From positions 32,001 through 96,000 of the forward strand of contig JAXGNR010000009.1 of NCBI GenBank assembly GCA_040767965.1: DNA of 64,000 nt. The letters run 5' to 3'. Position 1 is the stretch's first letter, and the number at the start of each line of letters is the position of its first letter. Of this stretch, positions 43,530 to 52,339 are shown in pieces. Under the pieces are notes generated by a model, which worked only from the letters and a program-made list of their open reading frames with translations, ran no database searches and was not told the origin of the DNA. The DNA comes from Atribacterota bacterium. GTDB lineage: Bacteria; Atribacterota; Phoenicimicrobiia; Phoenicimicrobiales; Stramentimicrobiaceae. The position numbers and the translations under genes are program-made.

Positions 43530-44648
43530 TTACTGTACTGGAAATTCAGCTGAGCCATCAGGACGAAGACCATCAAGCATATATTCTGCCTGTGTCTGTG
43601 TTAGCTCATAGCCAGTATATATGCTATAAAAATCCCTGATTTCTTCAATCATTGCTTTTCTGTTAATAACGTTTACCCAGGCAATTTCAGGTTGGATGCG
43701 CATCAGAGCATAGTGGATTTGTAGTTGACTTTCCAGCCCAAAACGGTCCCAGTTAAAACAACCATAAGGGTTTGTGTATAATCTTTCATTAGATAAAGCC
43801 TTTAAATCTTTCCAGCCATCAGTGCTTTCCAGAACGTTTTTATTTATATGCTGATAAACACCTGCACATATTATTACATCAGGATTTAAATCCCAGATAG
43901 CCTCTGGAGTTACTTCTCCGGAGCTTAGCTTCATTACCTCCGCAGCATTATTACCTCCTGCAGATTCGATCCAATCAGAAATGATACTTCCTGCAGCCAT
44001 AGTAGTGGTTACACTATCTGTTTGCCCAGCAATGTAATAGACGACCGGGCGATCATTTTCTGCCAGACCTGAAGTTACCTTTCTTATCCCGGATAATTTG
44101 CTTTCAACTGCAGAACACCAATGATTAAGTTTTTCCTGATATTCCCCCCCAAGCACTTCACCAAGGACAGTGTATGCCTTAACCATACTTTCATAGTCAC
44201 TGAAATTGATATTTATAGCAGGAATACCAACATCACGAATTTGTTGAGCAAGACCGCTGGCTGCAGTGGTTGGATGTATGATAACCAGATCAGGTTCTAA
44301 GTTTATCAGATTTTCAATTGCTGGAGTTATACCTCCCAGAGCGGGAATATTGACACAATCCGGATAAAAAAGTTGGGTCCAGGAGTTCATTGTTCCCGGA
44401 TTGTTGACAGCCAGTCCAACTATTAGATCCCCAGCTCCCATTACAAAAAATGAGGATGTTCCTGCCGGCCATAAGTTAACAATTCTCTTAATTTCACCGG
44501 TTATGGTTACTGTATCACCACTCATATCCGTAACTGTAACTGTTTTATCAGCAGCGACAGAATTTATAACGGAAAACGCAATTGCAGTAAAGAAAATAAG
44601 TAGCAAAGCAAGTGTTTTAATTGTGATAGTGGTTTTTTTTGTTTTCAT
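43530..44648 (-). CDS. Class III (BtuF/MolA-type) ABC substrate-binding protein
   Basis: Signal peptide, VTDMSG.TVTI, E.LINLEPDL, NPDVII and P.G.FNWDR. Confidence 0.88.
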   Translation of the reverse strand: MKTKKTTITIKTLALLLIFFTAIAFSVINSVAADKTVTVTDMSGDTVTITGEIKRIVNLWPAGTSSFFVMGAGDLIVGLAVNNPGTMNSWTQLFYPDCVNIPALGGITPAIENLINLEPDLVIIHPTTAASGLAQQIRDVGIPAININFSDYESMVKAYTVLGEVLGGEYQEKLNHWCSAVESKLSGIRKVTSGLAENDRPVVYYIAGQTDSVTTTMAAGSIISDWIESAGGNNAAEVMKLSSGEVTPEAIWDLNPDVIICAGVYQHINKNVLESTDGWKDLKALSNERLYTNPYGCFNWDRFGLESQLQIHYALMRIQPEIAWVNVINRKAMIEEIRDFYSIYTGYELTQTQAEYMLDGLRPDGSAEFPVQ

Positions 44649-44763
44649 TATATTACTTCTCCTTTTTATTGTTATATTCATCATATATTTTGATTATAAA
44701 TAAATATTATTTAATAGACTAAATAAATCATATTAAGCATATTAAATATAAATATTACAGAAT

Positions 44764-46074
44764 TTATTCTAAAGGATCTTTGCCAAATATTTCACTGCGT
44801 GGTAAAAAGCCGGCAGCTTCTTTATCTATTTCCAAAAACATTCTGGTAAATTCTTTTGCGGCCTCTTTGTGCAATGCAGCCCTTGGAATTGTTAAAGCAT
44901 GAGCAATAGGTGTAGCTATTACAGATGTATTTTCATCTATGGCAAAAGTAACCCGGGCATATTTTTCAGCCAAAGAAGGATTGGCAAGATTCATTATTTC
45001 TGGTAGCTCTGCATAGTTTTTACCAAATACTTTGACTGCTGAACGATACATAAAAAGATATTTAGCCTGTTTTTGATTACCAAATAGACCAGGATTTTTT
45101 TCCATACCGATATGACCTGGATGATTCATCAGGCGATTTGTAAGTCCTGGTTTGTAATAATCTGCCAGCAGCATTGTCATTACAGCTCGATAACCGCTGG
45201 GGTCACCATAGGGATTGCCATGTTTGAATGTTGCATCTTCAGCAAGCAATTTTTCTTCCCAATTATCATTGTCTATATCTTCTCCTATTATTACCATTTC
45301 ATTACCTGCCCAGATGCGGTATCCTTCAGCATAATCAGGCATCATCATAGAATTTATTATAGTATCATCCGCTGAAATCAATAGATCGCATGCTTTTCCA
45401 CTTATGCAATCACGTATAAGATCTACTGATCCACCAGGTGTATAAATAACAGGCAGTTCAGGATGTAATTCATTCCATTTTTCAACAATAGTTTTTACCA
45501 GTCCCATTGATACACCTGCACAAAATACATTTAGTCTATAAGGGGCAAGTTCTGCTTCAAGTGAGGAGAGGGCTTCTGCTTTTTCTTTACGAACATCAGT
45601 AACTTTTTGGGCCAGTATACCTAAAAAATTACGCAGCATAATACCTTGTGGTTTACTATATTTTTCTCCATAATACCTGGTAACCATTTCTCCGCTCATT
45701 CGCAACAGGTAAAGGTCAAATGTCTCATTTTTTGGTCCACCAGGGGGAGGACCTTTGATTTTTATTCTGGGAGCTCTACTCTTGTTCATTTCAGATAAAC
45801 AAGGAATTTCTCCCATCATCATGCCCGGCTCAGTAGGTTTAGGCATATTGTATTGATCTAATCTGGGTTCTAAAAGTTCAAGTGGTTTTCCTTTAAGCAC
45901 TACACAAAACATGCCTTCATTTATATCAATTGGCAAAGTTTTATATTGACCAGCTTCCCGACGTACCATTTCAGGTTTCATCACCTCTAACAGCGAGATC
46001 AGTTCTTCTTCATCGATATTTTGAAACAGAGTCATGGTTTTTAATTCAGGTAGAAAATCCCGATAATTTAACAT
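44764..46074 (-). CDS. Fusion of a CRP/FNR-type effector (cNMP-binding-like) domain and a WtpA/ModA-like oxyanion-binding domain; no signal peptide, no HTH
   Basis: N-terminal LFQNIDEEELISLL, VVLKG, PG..MGE and LRNFLGILAQK; C-terminal VFCAG, GSV, CDL.ISAD, NEMV, NP.GDPSGYR, YRS, ELP..NL and TIP. Confidence 0.8.
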   Translation of the reverse strand: MLNYRDFLPELKTMTLFQNIDEEELISLLEVMKPEMVRREAGQYKTLPIDINEGMFCVVLKGKPLELLEPRLDQYNMPKPTEPGMMMGEIPCLSEMNKSRAPRIKIKGPPPGGPKNETFDLYLLRMSGEMVTRYYGEKYSKPQGIMLRNFLGILAQKVTDVRKEKAEALSSLEAELAPYRLNVFCAGVSMGLVKTIVEKWNELHPELPVIYTPGGSVDLIRDCISGKACDLLISADDTIINSMMMPDYAEGYRIWAGNEMVIIGEDIDNDNWEEKLLAEDATFKHGNPYGDPSGYRAVMTMLLADYYKPGLTNRLMNHPGHIGMEKNPGLFGNQKQAKYLFMYRSAVKVFGKNYAELPEIMNLANPSLAEKYARVTFAIDENTSVIATPIAHALTIPRAALHKEAAKEFTRMFLEIDKEAAGFLPRSEIFGKDPLE

Positions 46075-46116
46075 ATTACCTCCTGAACATATATTTTATG
46101 TATTTGTTTTAAAAAT

Positions 46117-46141
46117 AAAAAAAACGCCTTGGAAAGGCGTT
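46117..46141 (-). terminator. Leader terminator of the Moco riboswitch
   Basis: Minus strand aacgcct-ttcca-aggcgtt-U tract; its CCUUUCCAA segment is complementary to the aptamer UUGGAAAGG. Confidence 0.8.
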
Positions 46142-46175
46142 ATAAAAAAAGCTGTACAGAATACAGCCTTTAAAA

Positions 46176-46282
46176 TGTTTCCTTTCCAAATGGGAGGCAT
46201 GGTGGCTAATCCGTGCCCTCGAATACAGTTTTTTCTGTATTACCGTTTGGCAATTCCATTTCCAATTGCCAAATCGGAAACA
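46176..46282 (-). ncRNA. Molybdenum cofactor (Moco) riboswitch, P3-containing
   Basis: Minus strand GUUUCCGA...P2 uuuggcaauu/aauugccaaa, P3 aauacag/cuguauu, GAGGGC...GCCUCCCAUUUGGAAAGGAAAC; upstream of Mo/W transport genes. Confidence 0.8.
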
Positions 46283-46363
46283 AACAATATTTATATTTTA
46301 TAAGTTATATCAAACTACATATTGATTATGTTATCAAAAATAGAAATTAATAAACTAATAGGA

Positions 46364-46392
46364 ATGCTAACATCTTTTATTTGTCAAGTCAA
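46364..46392 (-). promoter_or_regulatory. Candidate sigma70 promoter for the Mo/W operon
   Basis: Minus strand TTGACT-N17-TAGCAT upstream of the riboswitch. Confidence 0.4.
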
Positions 46393-46635
46393 GCCCTTTT
46401 TATTAGAAGTAACTACTGGCTATTAGGCTATTTTAAAATCATTTAAAGAAATCTATCTGAGAATTTTAAAAAAGGTTACAGTTAGCATTGACATATTATT
46501 TAATGCTAATTTTTATTTGGGCTAAGCCAAATGTAGAATAATATAAATTCTTATAGATAATAATATTAGAATTAATTTTTTATTTCAAATATGTTAAACT
46601 TAAACATTTAAGAAAAATAGAAAGGATAAAAAATA

Positions 46636-47436
46636 ATGACAAAATTATTGATAACCGGACCAAAAGGCAATATGGGTCAGGAGATAGTTCGAGTTGCCTA
46701 CAATAGATCTGAAATAGAGATTGTAGGGGGAGTAGGACCTGCGGGCAGGGATTATATAGGTAAAGATTTAGGAGTTTTATCAGGTTTAGGGCAAGAAATT
46801 AATGCAAAGGTATATGATGACATAAATAGCATAATTGGACTTTGTGATGTTGTAGTTGATTGTACAAATCCGGAGGTTACTATTAAAATTTTAAAAAGCT
46901 GCCTTGAAAATGGCAAAGCTCTGGTCACGGGAACTACGGGATTTTCAGACCAGGATAAGAAAATATTAAAGGATGCAAGTAAACAGATACCCGTTTTGGT
47001 TGCTTCAAATACATCAAGAAAAGCTCATATTTTTTTCGATCTTATAAAAAAATTGAGCAAAAAAACAGGCAGAGAAGCTGATATTGATATAGTGGAAATG
47101 CATGAGAATAAAAAATTGGATGCTCCCAGTGGTACTGCCAAAGAAATTGCTGCAATGATTGCTGCTGAATTAGATTTAGATCTGAGTCAGGCAGTTGAAT
47201 ATGGGAGAAAAGGGAAAGGAATTAGAAAATCTAATTCTATTTGCTTTCACTCTATCAGGAGTGGTAATTATCCAACTTCCCATCGAGTAATTTTTGGTTA
47301 TCAAAATGAAAAAATAGAATTGCACTTTGATGGATACAACATGAATTCCTGTGCTGAAGGAATTGTGGATGCTGTCTCCTATATAAGTGATAAGAAACCA
47401 GGATTTTATAGAATAGAGGATGTTTTTAATTTATAA
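46636..47436 (+). CDS. dapB: 4-hydroxy-tetrahydrodipicolinate reductase DapB (divergent)
   Basis: G.KGNMG, GTTG and E.H...KLDAPSGTA. Confidence 0.8.
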   Translation: MTKLLITGPKGNMGQEIVRVAYNRSEIEIVGGVGPAGRDYIGKDLGVLSGLGQEINAKVYDDINSIIGLCDVVVDCTNPEVTIKILKSCLENGKALVTGTTGFSDQDKKILKDASKQIPVLVASNTSRKAHIFFDLIKKLSKKTGREADIDIVEMHENKKLDAPSGTAKEIAAMIAAELDLDLSQAVEYGRKGKGIRKSNSICFHSIRSGNYPTSHRVIFGYQNEKIELHFDGYNMNSCAEGIVDAVSYISDKKPGFYRIEDVFNL

Positions 47437-47640
47437 AATGCTTGACATGGTTTAATTAATAAACTAGTATATTCAAAAATATTATAAAAACAGCGCTTTA
47501 TTTTACAAATAAGTTTTCGCATTTTAAAAACATGGAAATAAAAAGTTTACCAAAGAGAAATTATTAATTATATTAGAAATATTTAAAAGATAAAAAAATA
47601 AGCTGTTTTCCAGAAAGTATACAGTAAAGGAGCAAGATAA

Positions 47641-47829
47641 ATGAGATATGATGATTGGTATGTTAATTTACCTTTCTATAAAAAGTTAAATATACAAGAT
47701 GAATTTAATTTTAATAACTGGGGAATATTAACTGAAAGTCAGAAGAATAATGTTTATAACGCAATGCTGTATGAACTTTATATTGATGGACCAGTAGAAT
47801 TCTACCAGGAAGAGGAATGGGAAGAATAA
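47641..47829 (+). CDS. Small acidic hypothetical protein
   Basis: 62-aa ORF with AAGGAG RBS; no recognisable motif. Confidence 0.45.
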   Translation: MRYDDWYVNLPFYKKLNIQDEFNFNNWGILTESQKNNVYNAMLYELYIDGPVEFYQEEEWEE

Positions 47830-48228
47830 CTGATATTGAGCTTATTTAACAGATAATATGAAAAAATTCTCTCCATATTTTTCAAAACAATAAAGATAAT
47901 AAAAAAGCAATAGAACAATATTGTATTGATTATCCAACCAATTTTACAACTACAAGTATTTTTTATATTAGAATATAAATATCCCGAAATTCCCGATTTA
48001 TAATATATCAAAATATTTTTAAATTACTCCTGGAAAGCTGATTAGATCTGAGGAAATTAATCATAATTTTATTAACTATAAATAAAATATTAAATCACCA
48101 TATTATCACCATATTTATTAGTATTGGCTAGTATTGGCTAAATAAGATATTTAATTAAATGATATAATGTTTTTATAGAATATTAAAGTTGATAAATTAT
48201 TGAATTCGGATATCAAGAGGTGAATTTA

Positions 48229-49569
48229 ATGAAAATTATTATTATCGGCGCTGGCAAAGTAGGTATCCAAATAGCTAAAACTCTTTCTCTGGAAGATAAT
48301 GATATTACCATAATAGATCAGAAAGAAAATATCAGACAGGAGATAGATGATACTATTGATATTATGGCAGTTGTTGGTAATGGAGCTGATGTAGATGTTT
48401 TGGAAAGCGCAGGTATTAAAGAGGCGGAAATGCTTATTGCGGTAACTCAATCTGATGAAATCAATATAATAGCATGCATGATGGCTCAGCAATATGGAGT
48501 AGCTAAAAAAATTGCCCGAATCAGAAAAAGAGAATATTTAAACAAAAAATTTCTTTCTAAAGAGAAGCTGGGCATAGATTATATTATTAATCCTGAACTG
48601 GTTACAGTAAATGAAATTGTTAAACTTCTAAATACCCCTGCCAATGTCAGTGAAGTGCTTGATATTGCAAATGGTGAGATTTCTCTTTTTGGAATGAAAA
48701 TTGAAGAGGATTGTCAATGTACAAGCGAAAAGATTAAAAATATTCCTTTTGGAGAAGGTACTTTGATGGTATCTATTTATCGCGGCAATAAGTTAATTAT
48801 TCCGGATGGAGAAGAAAAATTGTTAGTAGATGACAGAATATACGTATTAATGAAAAAAGGCAGATACAATGATTTACAATTATTCTGTAAAAATAAAACC
48901 TGTGTCTTAAAAAATGTTATTATCTTTGGCGGAAGCAATATTGGCATTCAGATTGCTTCTTTATTGAGCAAAGCCGGGATTATTACCAAAATAATTGAAA
49001 TTAATAAGCAAAAATGTGAGGAAATATCTGAAATCTTACCAGATACGTTAATTATTAATGGAGATGGCACTAATATAGATTTACTCAAAGAAGAAAATAT
49101 CGACACAGTTGATGGATTTGTGGCTGTAACCGGTTACGATGAAGAAAATCTATTGGTATCTTTACTGGCAAAACATCTTGGCAGTAATAAAGTTATTGCA
49201 AAAATCAGCAGAGCTAACTATATTCCTATTTTAAAAAAAATCGGCATTGATGCAGTGGTTAATCAGCAATTAACAACTACTTCGGCTATATTAGATATCT
49301 TAAAAAAAGAAGAAGGAAACTATGTTGCTTTATTAAAAGAGGGTGAATCTGAAATTGCAGAATTAGTTGCTCAAAAAAGAAGTAGAATTCTTAATAAGTC
49401 TTTAGATAGAACAAATCTTCCCAAAAATACAATTATTGGAGCAATTATCAGAAATGAAGAAGTTTTTGTTCCTCATGGGGACGATTTCATTGAAGAAGGG
49501 GATAGGGTAATATTATTCACTAAATCTGCAGAAATTAAACAAATAGAGCAGCTTTTTTATGAAAGATGA
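48229..49569 (+). CDS. trkA: Trk potassium uptake NAD-binding subunit TrkA
   Basis: Two RCK repeats with IIIGAGKVG / IIFGGSNIG, AVT.SDE.N and DEENLL. Confidence 0.92.
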   Translation: MKIIIIGAGKVGIQIAKTLSLEDNDITIIDQKENIRQEIDDTIDIMAVVGNGADVDVLESAGIKEAEMLIAVTQSDEINIIACMMAQQYGVAKKIARIRKREYLNKKFLSKEKLGIDYIINPELVTVNEIVKLLNTPANVSEVLDIANGEISLFGMKIEEDCQCTSEKIKNIPFGEGTLMVSIYRGNKLIIPDGEEKLLVDDRIYVLMKKGRYNDLQLFCKNKTCVLKNVIIFGGSNIGIQIASLLSKAGIITKIIEINKQKCEEISEILPDTLIINGDGTNIDLLKEENIDTVDGFVAVTGYDEENLLVSLLAKHLGSNKVIAKISRANYIPILKKIGIDAVVNQQLTTTSAILDILKKEEGNYVALLKEGESEIAELVAQKRSRILNKSLDRTNLPKNTIIGAIIRNEEVFVPHGDDFIEEGDRVILFTKSAEIKQIEQLFYER

Positions 49570-49637
49570 TAGAATTTAAATCTATTTTTTAAAATACGAC
49601 TAGAGAATAAGGGAAAAATGTAACAGGAGGATGTTAA

Positions 49638-49967
49638 ATGTCAGAAAGAAGCAGAGTCAGAATTACTGTGGCAAAAATGTTAAGTACTGATGATGTATTT
49701 GGTGATAATCGTGAACAGGAAACCATTGATGATTATGTAACCAAATGTCCTAAATTCCAGGAAGGACAGGAATTTATCGTGGAAAAGAATCTTGAAAAAC
49801 CAGATAATTTTTGCAGCTGGGCCTGGAATGATATTCAAAGAGATGTAGTGGTGTTGAGTTTTGGAGGTAAATTCCCCTGGATGAAAGATAATTTATCTGT
49901 CAATTATAGCTGCTGCACAGATGGATTAAGACCGGTTGTTTTCAGACTGGAAAAAATTGAGGAATAA
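49638..49967 (+). CDS. TIGR04076 family protein
   Basis: CP.F.EGQEF, FCSWAW.DI and CCTDGLRPVVF. Confidence 0.85.
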   Translation: MSERSRVRITVAKMLSTDDVFGDNREQETIDDYVTKCPKFQEGQEFIVEKNLEKPDNFCSWAWNDIQRDVVVLSFGGKFPWMKDNLSVNYSCCTDGLRPVVFRLEKIEE

Positions 49968-50049
49968 CTAACCAGAAGAATCTTTTTATGGATTAATAAA
50001 AAATATTAATAGATTACAAGGGAGGGGGAATTTCCGAAAGAGATCCTCT

Positions 50050-50799
50050 CTAAAACATTAATTGTAAGGCAGCAATTACAGTCATAGTTATAATAAATAT
50101 TCTGTATTTTTTTTCGTTGATCCTTTTGGCAATGAATACACCGAGAAAAGAACCAAGAAATATAATGGGAATAACCAGTGGAATAATCTTGAGAGTTTGC
50201 CAGTTAATTGTATTCCATAAAAAGACATGAAAGGGAAGTTTTATCCAGTTCACTGCAAAAAAGAATACTGCTGTTACTGCAATATATTTATTTTTTTTGT
50301 ATTGCATAGCCAGCAAATAAACTGCAAAAATTGGTCCTGCTGCATTGCCTATCATAGAAGAAAAACCGCTTAATACTCCTATTAGAATATATAAAACCTT
50401 ACTACTGCTAGGGATATTTGTACCATTTTTATTATTTTTAATTTCTTTATGAATTAAAAAGGCAACACAAATAAGGATAACAATACTCATTATAAATTTA
50501 AATTGACTGTCATTAATTGAATTCCCCAGAATTGCACCTAAAATTACACCGGTTGCTGCTGGTAATAAAAGTCTAAAAACTTCTGTTAATTTTACATATT
50601 TTTTATAGAAATAAACACCAAATATGTCTCCAATCATTAGAATTGGAAGAATCACTCCTGTGGATGCCTTCGCTCCAAAAATATGAGCCATTACAGCGAC
50701 AGAAGGCAAGTTTATTCCTGGAAGCCCTGATTTGCCCATACCAATTGATAAAGCTACAAAAAAGAGTGCTACTAATTCAGCAATAGTAAAGCCTAACAT
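50050..50799 (-). CDS. TauE/SafE sulfite exporter family protein
   Basis: GKSGLPG, LP.L..GD, NAAGP and N..KLPF; multi-TM. Confidence 0.85.
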   Translation of the reverse strand: MLGFTIAELVALFFVALSIGMGKSGLPGINLPSVAVMAHIFGAKASTGVILPILMIGDIFGVYFYKKYVKLTEVFRLLLPAATGVILGAILGNSINDSQFKFIMSIVILICVAFLIHKEIKNNKNGTNIPSSSKVLYILIGVLSGFSSMIGNAAGPIFAVYLLAMQYKKNKYIAVTAVFFFAVNWIKLPFHVFLWNTINWQTLKIIPLVIPIIFLGSFLGVFIAKRINEKKYRIFIITMTVIAALQLMF

Positions 50800-51177
50800 C
50801 TAAATAATTGTACCTCTTGCCATTTTAATCTTTCTAAAATAATATTAATTTTAAAGACAATTTATTTACTGAGATATTTTTGTTTCAAATATATATTCAG
50901 TTTAAAAATGATTCACAATTGAATATAATTTTATCGGTAAATATGTTCAACGAAACTATTCTATGATATTTCTAATCAGAATGTCAACCGGATAAGTGCA
51001 TTAACACCCAATAATTATTGTATTATAATTTATTAGGAGATGGATTGGAGATATATTCAATAAATATAAATTAGAAAAAAACAGTATATCTATAAGTTAT
51101 CTGATTGAAAGTAGAATTTTGGTTGATTACATATAGATAAAAAATGGTTTTTTACAAAAAAGAAAGAGGTAAATTTA

Positions 51178-52041
51178 GTGAAAAATGTTGTATCTGCACA
51201 TTGGCTCCAAAAACATATTGATGATAAAAATATAGTAATCTTAGATTGCCGTTTTGATTTATATAATTCTGGATATGGGGGAAAAGCTTATCAGAAAAGC
51301 CATATAAAAAATGCAATTTTCTTAAATCTTGATAAAGAACTGGTAGGTTTGCAGGCAAAACATGGCGGAGCAAGACCACTGCCTGGCTTAAAACAAATAA
51401 TCTCAGTCCTTAAAAGATATAATATTAACAAGAATAGCATCGTCATTGGTTATGATGATCAAATGAATGCTGCTGCCAGGGTATGGTGGAGTTTAAAATA
51501 TTTCGGATATAATAATTGTTACCTTTTAGATGGAGGCTTTAAAAACTGGGAAACCAGTAGTTATCCGATTACCAGTGAGATCAAAAAATCTGCAATAAAT
51601 TCAGAAAATATTGATATAAGTGTGAACGAAGATATGGTTTGCGAAATAGAGTATGTCAAATTCAAAAAAGATCTTTCACATGTAGTTTTAATTGATGGAA
51701 GGGAAGAGATAAGATATACCGGAGAAAAAGAGAATCTTTATAAAAAAGCAGGTCATATTCCTGGTGCTGTTAATTTCCCCGGCAGTAAAAATTTTCAAAA
51801 AAACGGATTATTAAAAGAGAAAAAAGAAATATCCAGGATGTGGAACTGGCTAAAACCATATCAGGAAATAATCCTGTATTGTGGTTCAGGTATTGCTGCA
51901 AGTGTAAATTTCCTTGTATTAGATGAGCTTGGCTATTCCCCAAAGCTTTATATTGGTGGTTTTAGTGATTGGATTAGTTATTCTGAAAATGAAATTGCCA
52001 GAGGGAAGGAAGAAAAACAAAAGGGTAATTTAACTCATTAG
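51178..52041 (+). CDS. Two-domain rhodanese sulfurtransferase (SseA/MST-like)
   Basis: AARVWW.L, LDGG, GHIPGA, YCGSG and Y.GGFSDW. Confidence 0.9.
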   Translation: MKNVVSAHWLQKHIDDKNIVILDCRFDLYNSGYGGKAYQKSHIKNAIFLNLDKELVGLQAKHGGARPLPGLKQIISVLKRYNINKNSIVIGYDDQMNAAARVWWSLKYFGYNNCYLLDGGFKNWETSSYPITSEIKKSAINSENIDISVNEDMVCEIEYVKFKKDLSHVVLIDGREEIRYTGEKENLYKKAGHIPGAVNFPGSKNFQKNGLLKEKKEISRMWNWLKPYQEIILYCGSGIAASVNFLVLDELGYSPKLYIGGFSDWISYSENEIARGKEEKQKGNLTH

Positions 52042-52118
52042 ATATTGACAAACATAAAGAAATGGTAAATACTTTTAATAGTCTGCCTGAAAAAAAATAT
52101 TATTACAGAATACCACAA

Positions 52119-52242
52119 CTCCGAATTATCTAACCTAATGATAAAATACTATTTTTTTCTATGGTTAGATAATCAGTTATTATTTGTAAAATAACCAAGG
52201 GCAATTAAGGAAACTTAATTGCCTCCCATAATTGGAAAGGAG
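52119..52242 (+). ncRNA. Moco riboswitch (canonical)
   Basis: CUCCGA, P2 with CCUAA/UAUGG receptor, P3 guuauu/aauaac, AGGGCAAUUAAGGAAACUUAAUUGCCUCCCAUAAUUGGAAAGGAG. Confidence 0.88.
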
Positions 52243-52261
52243 GGATACTTTGCATGAAGTT

Positions 52262-52289
52262 CGTTTCCTGTAACAAGGAAGCGTTTTTT
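52262..52289 (+). terminator. Leader terminator after the Moco aptamer
   Basis: cgtttcct-gtaaca-aggaagcg-tttttt. Confidence 0.75.
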
Positions 52290-52339
52290 GTTTTAAATAT
52301 ATTTTAATACTAAAAAATCAAAAAATTAGGAGTATAGAT

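Noticed and set aside
46176-46282. Cobalamin riboswitch, expected before a Btu-like transporter
   Set aside because: No B12 box or GGGAA core; the sequence matches the Moco GCCUCCC...GGAAAGG pattern
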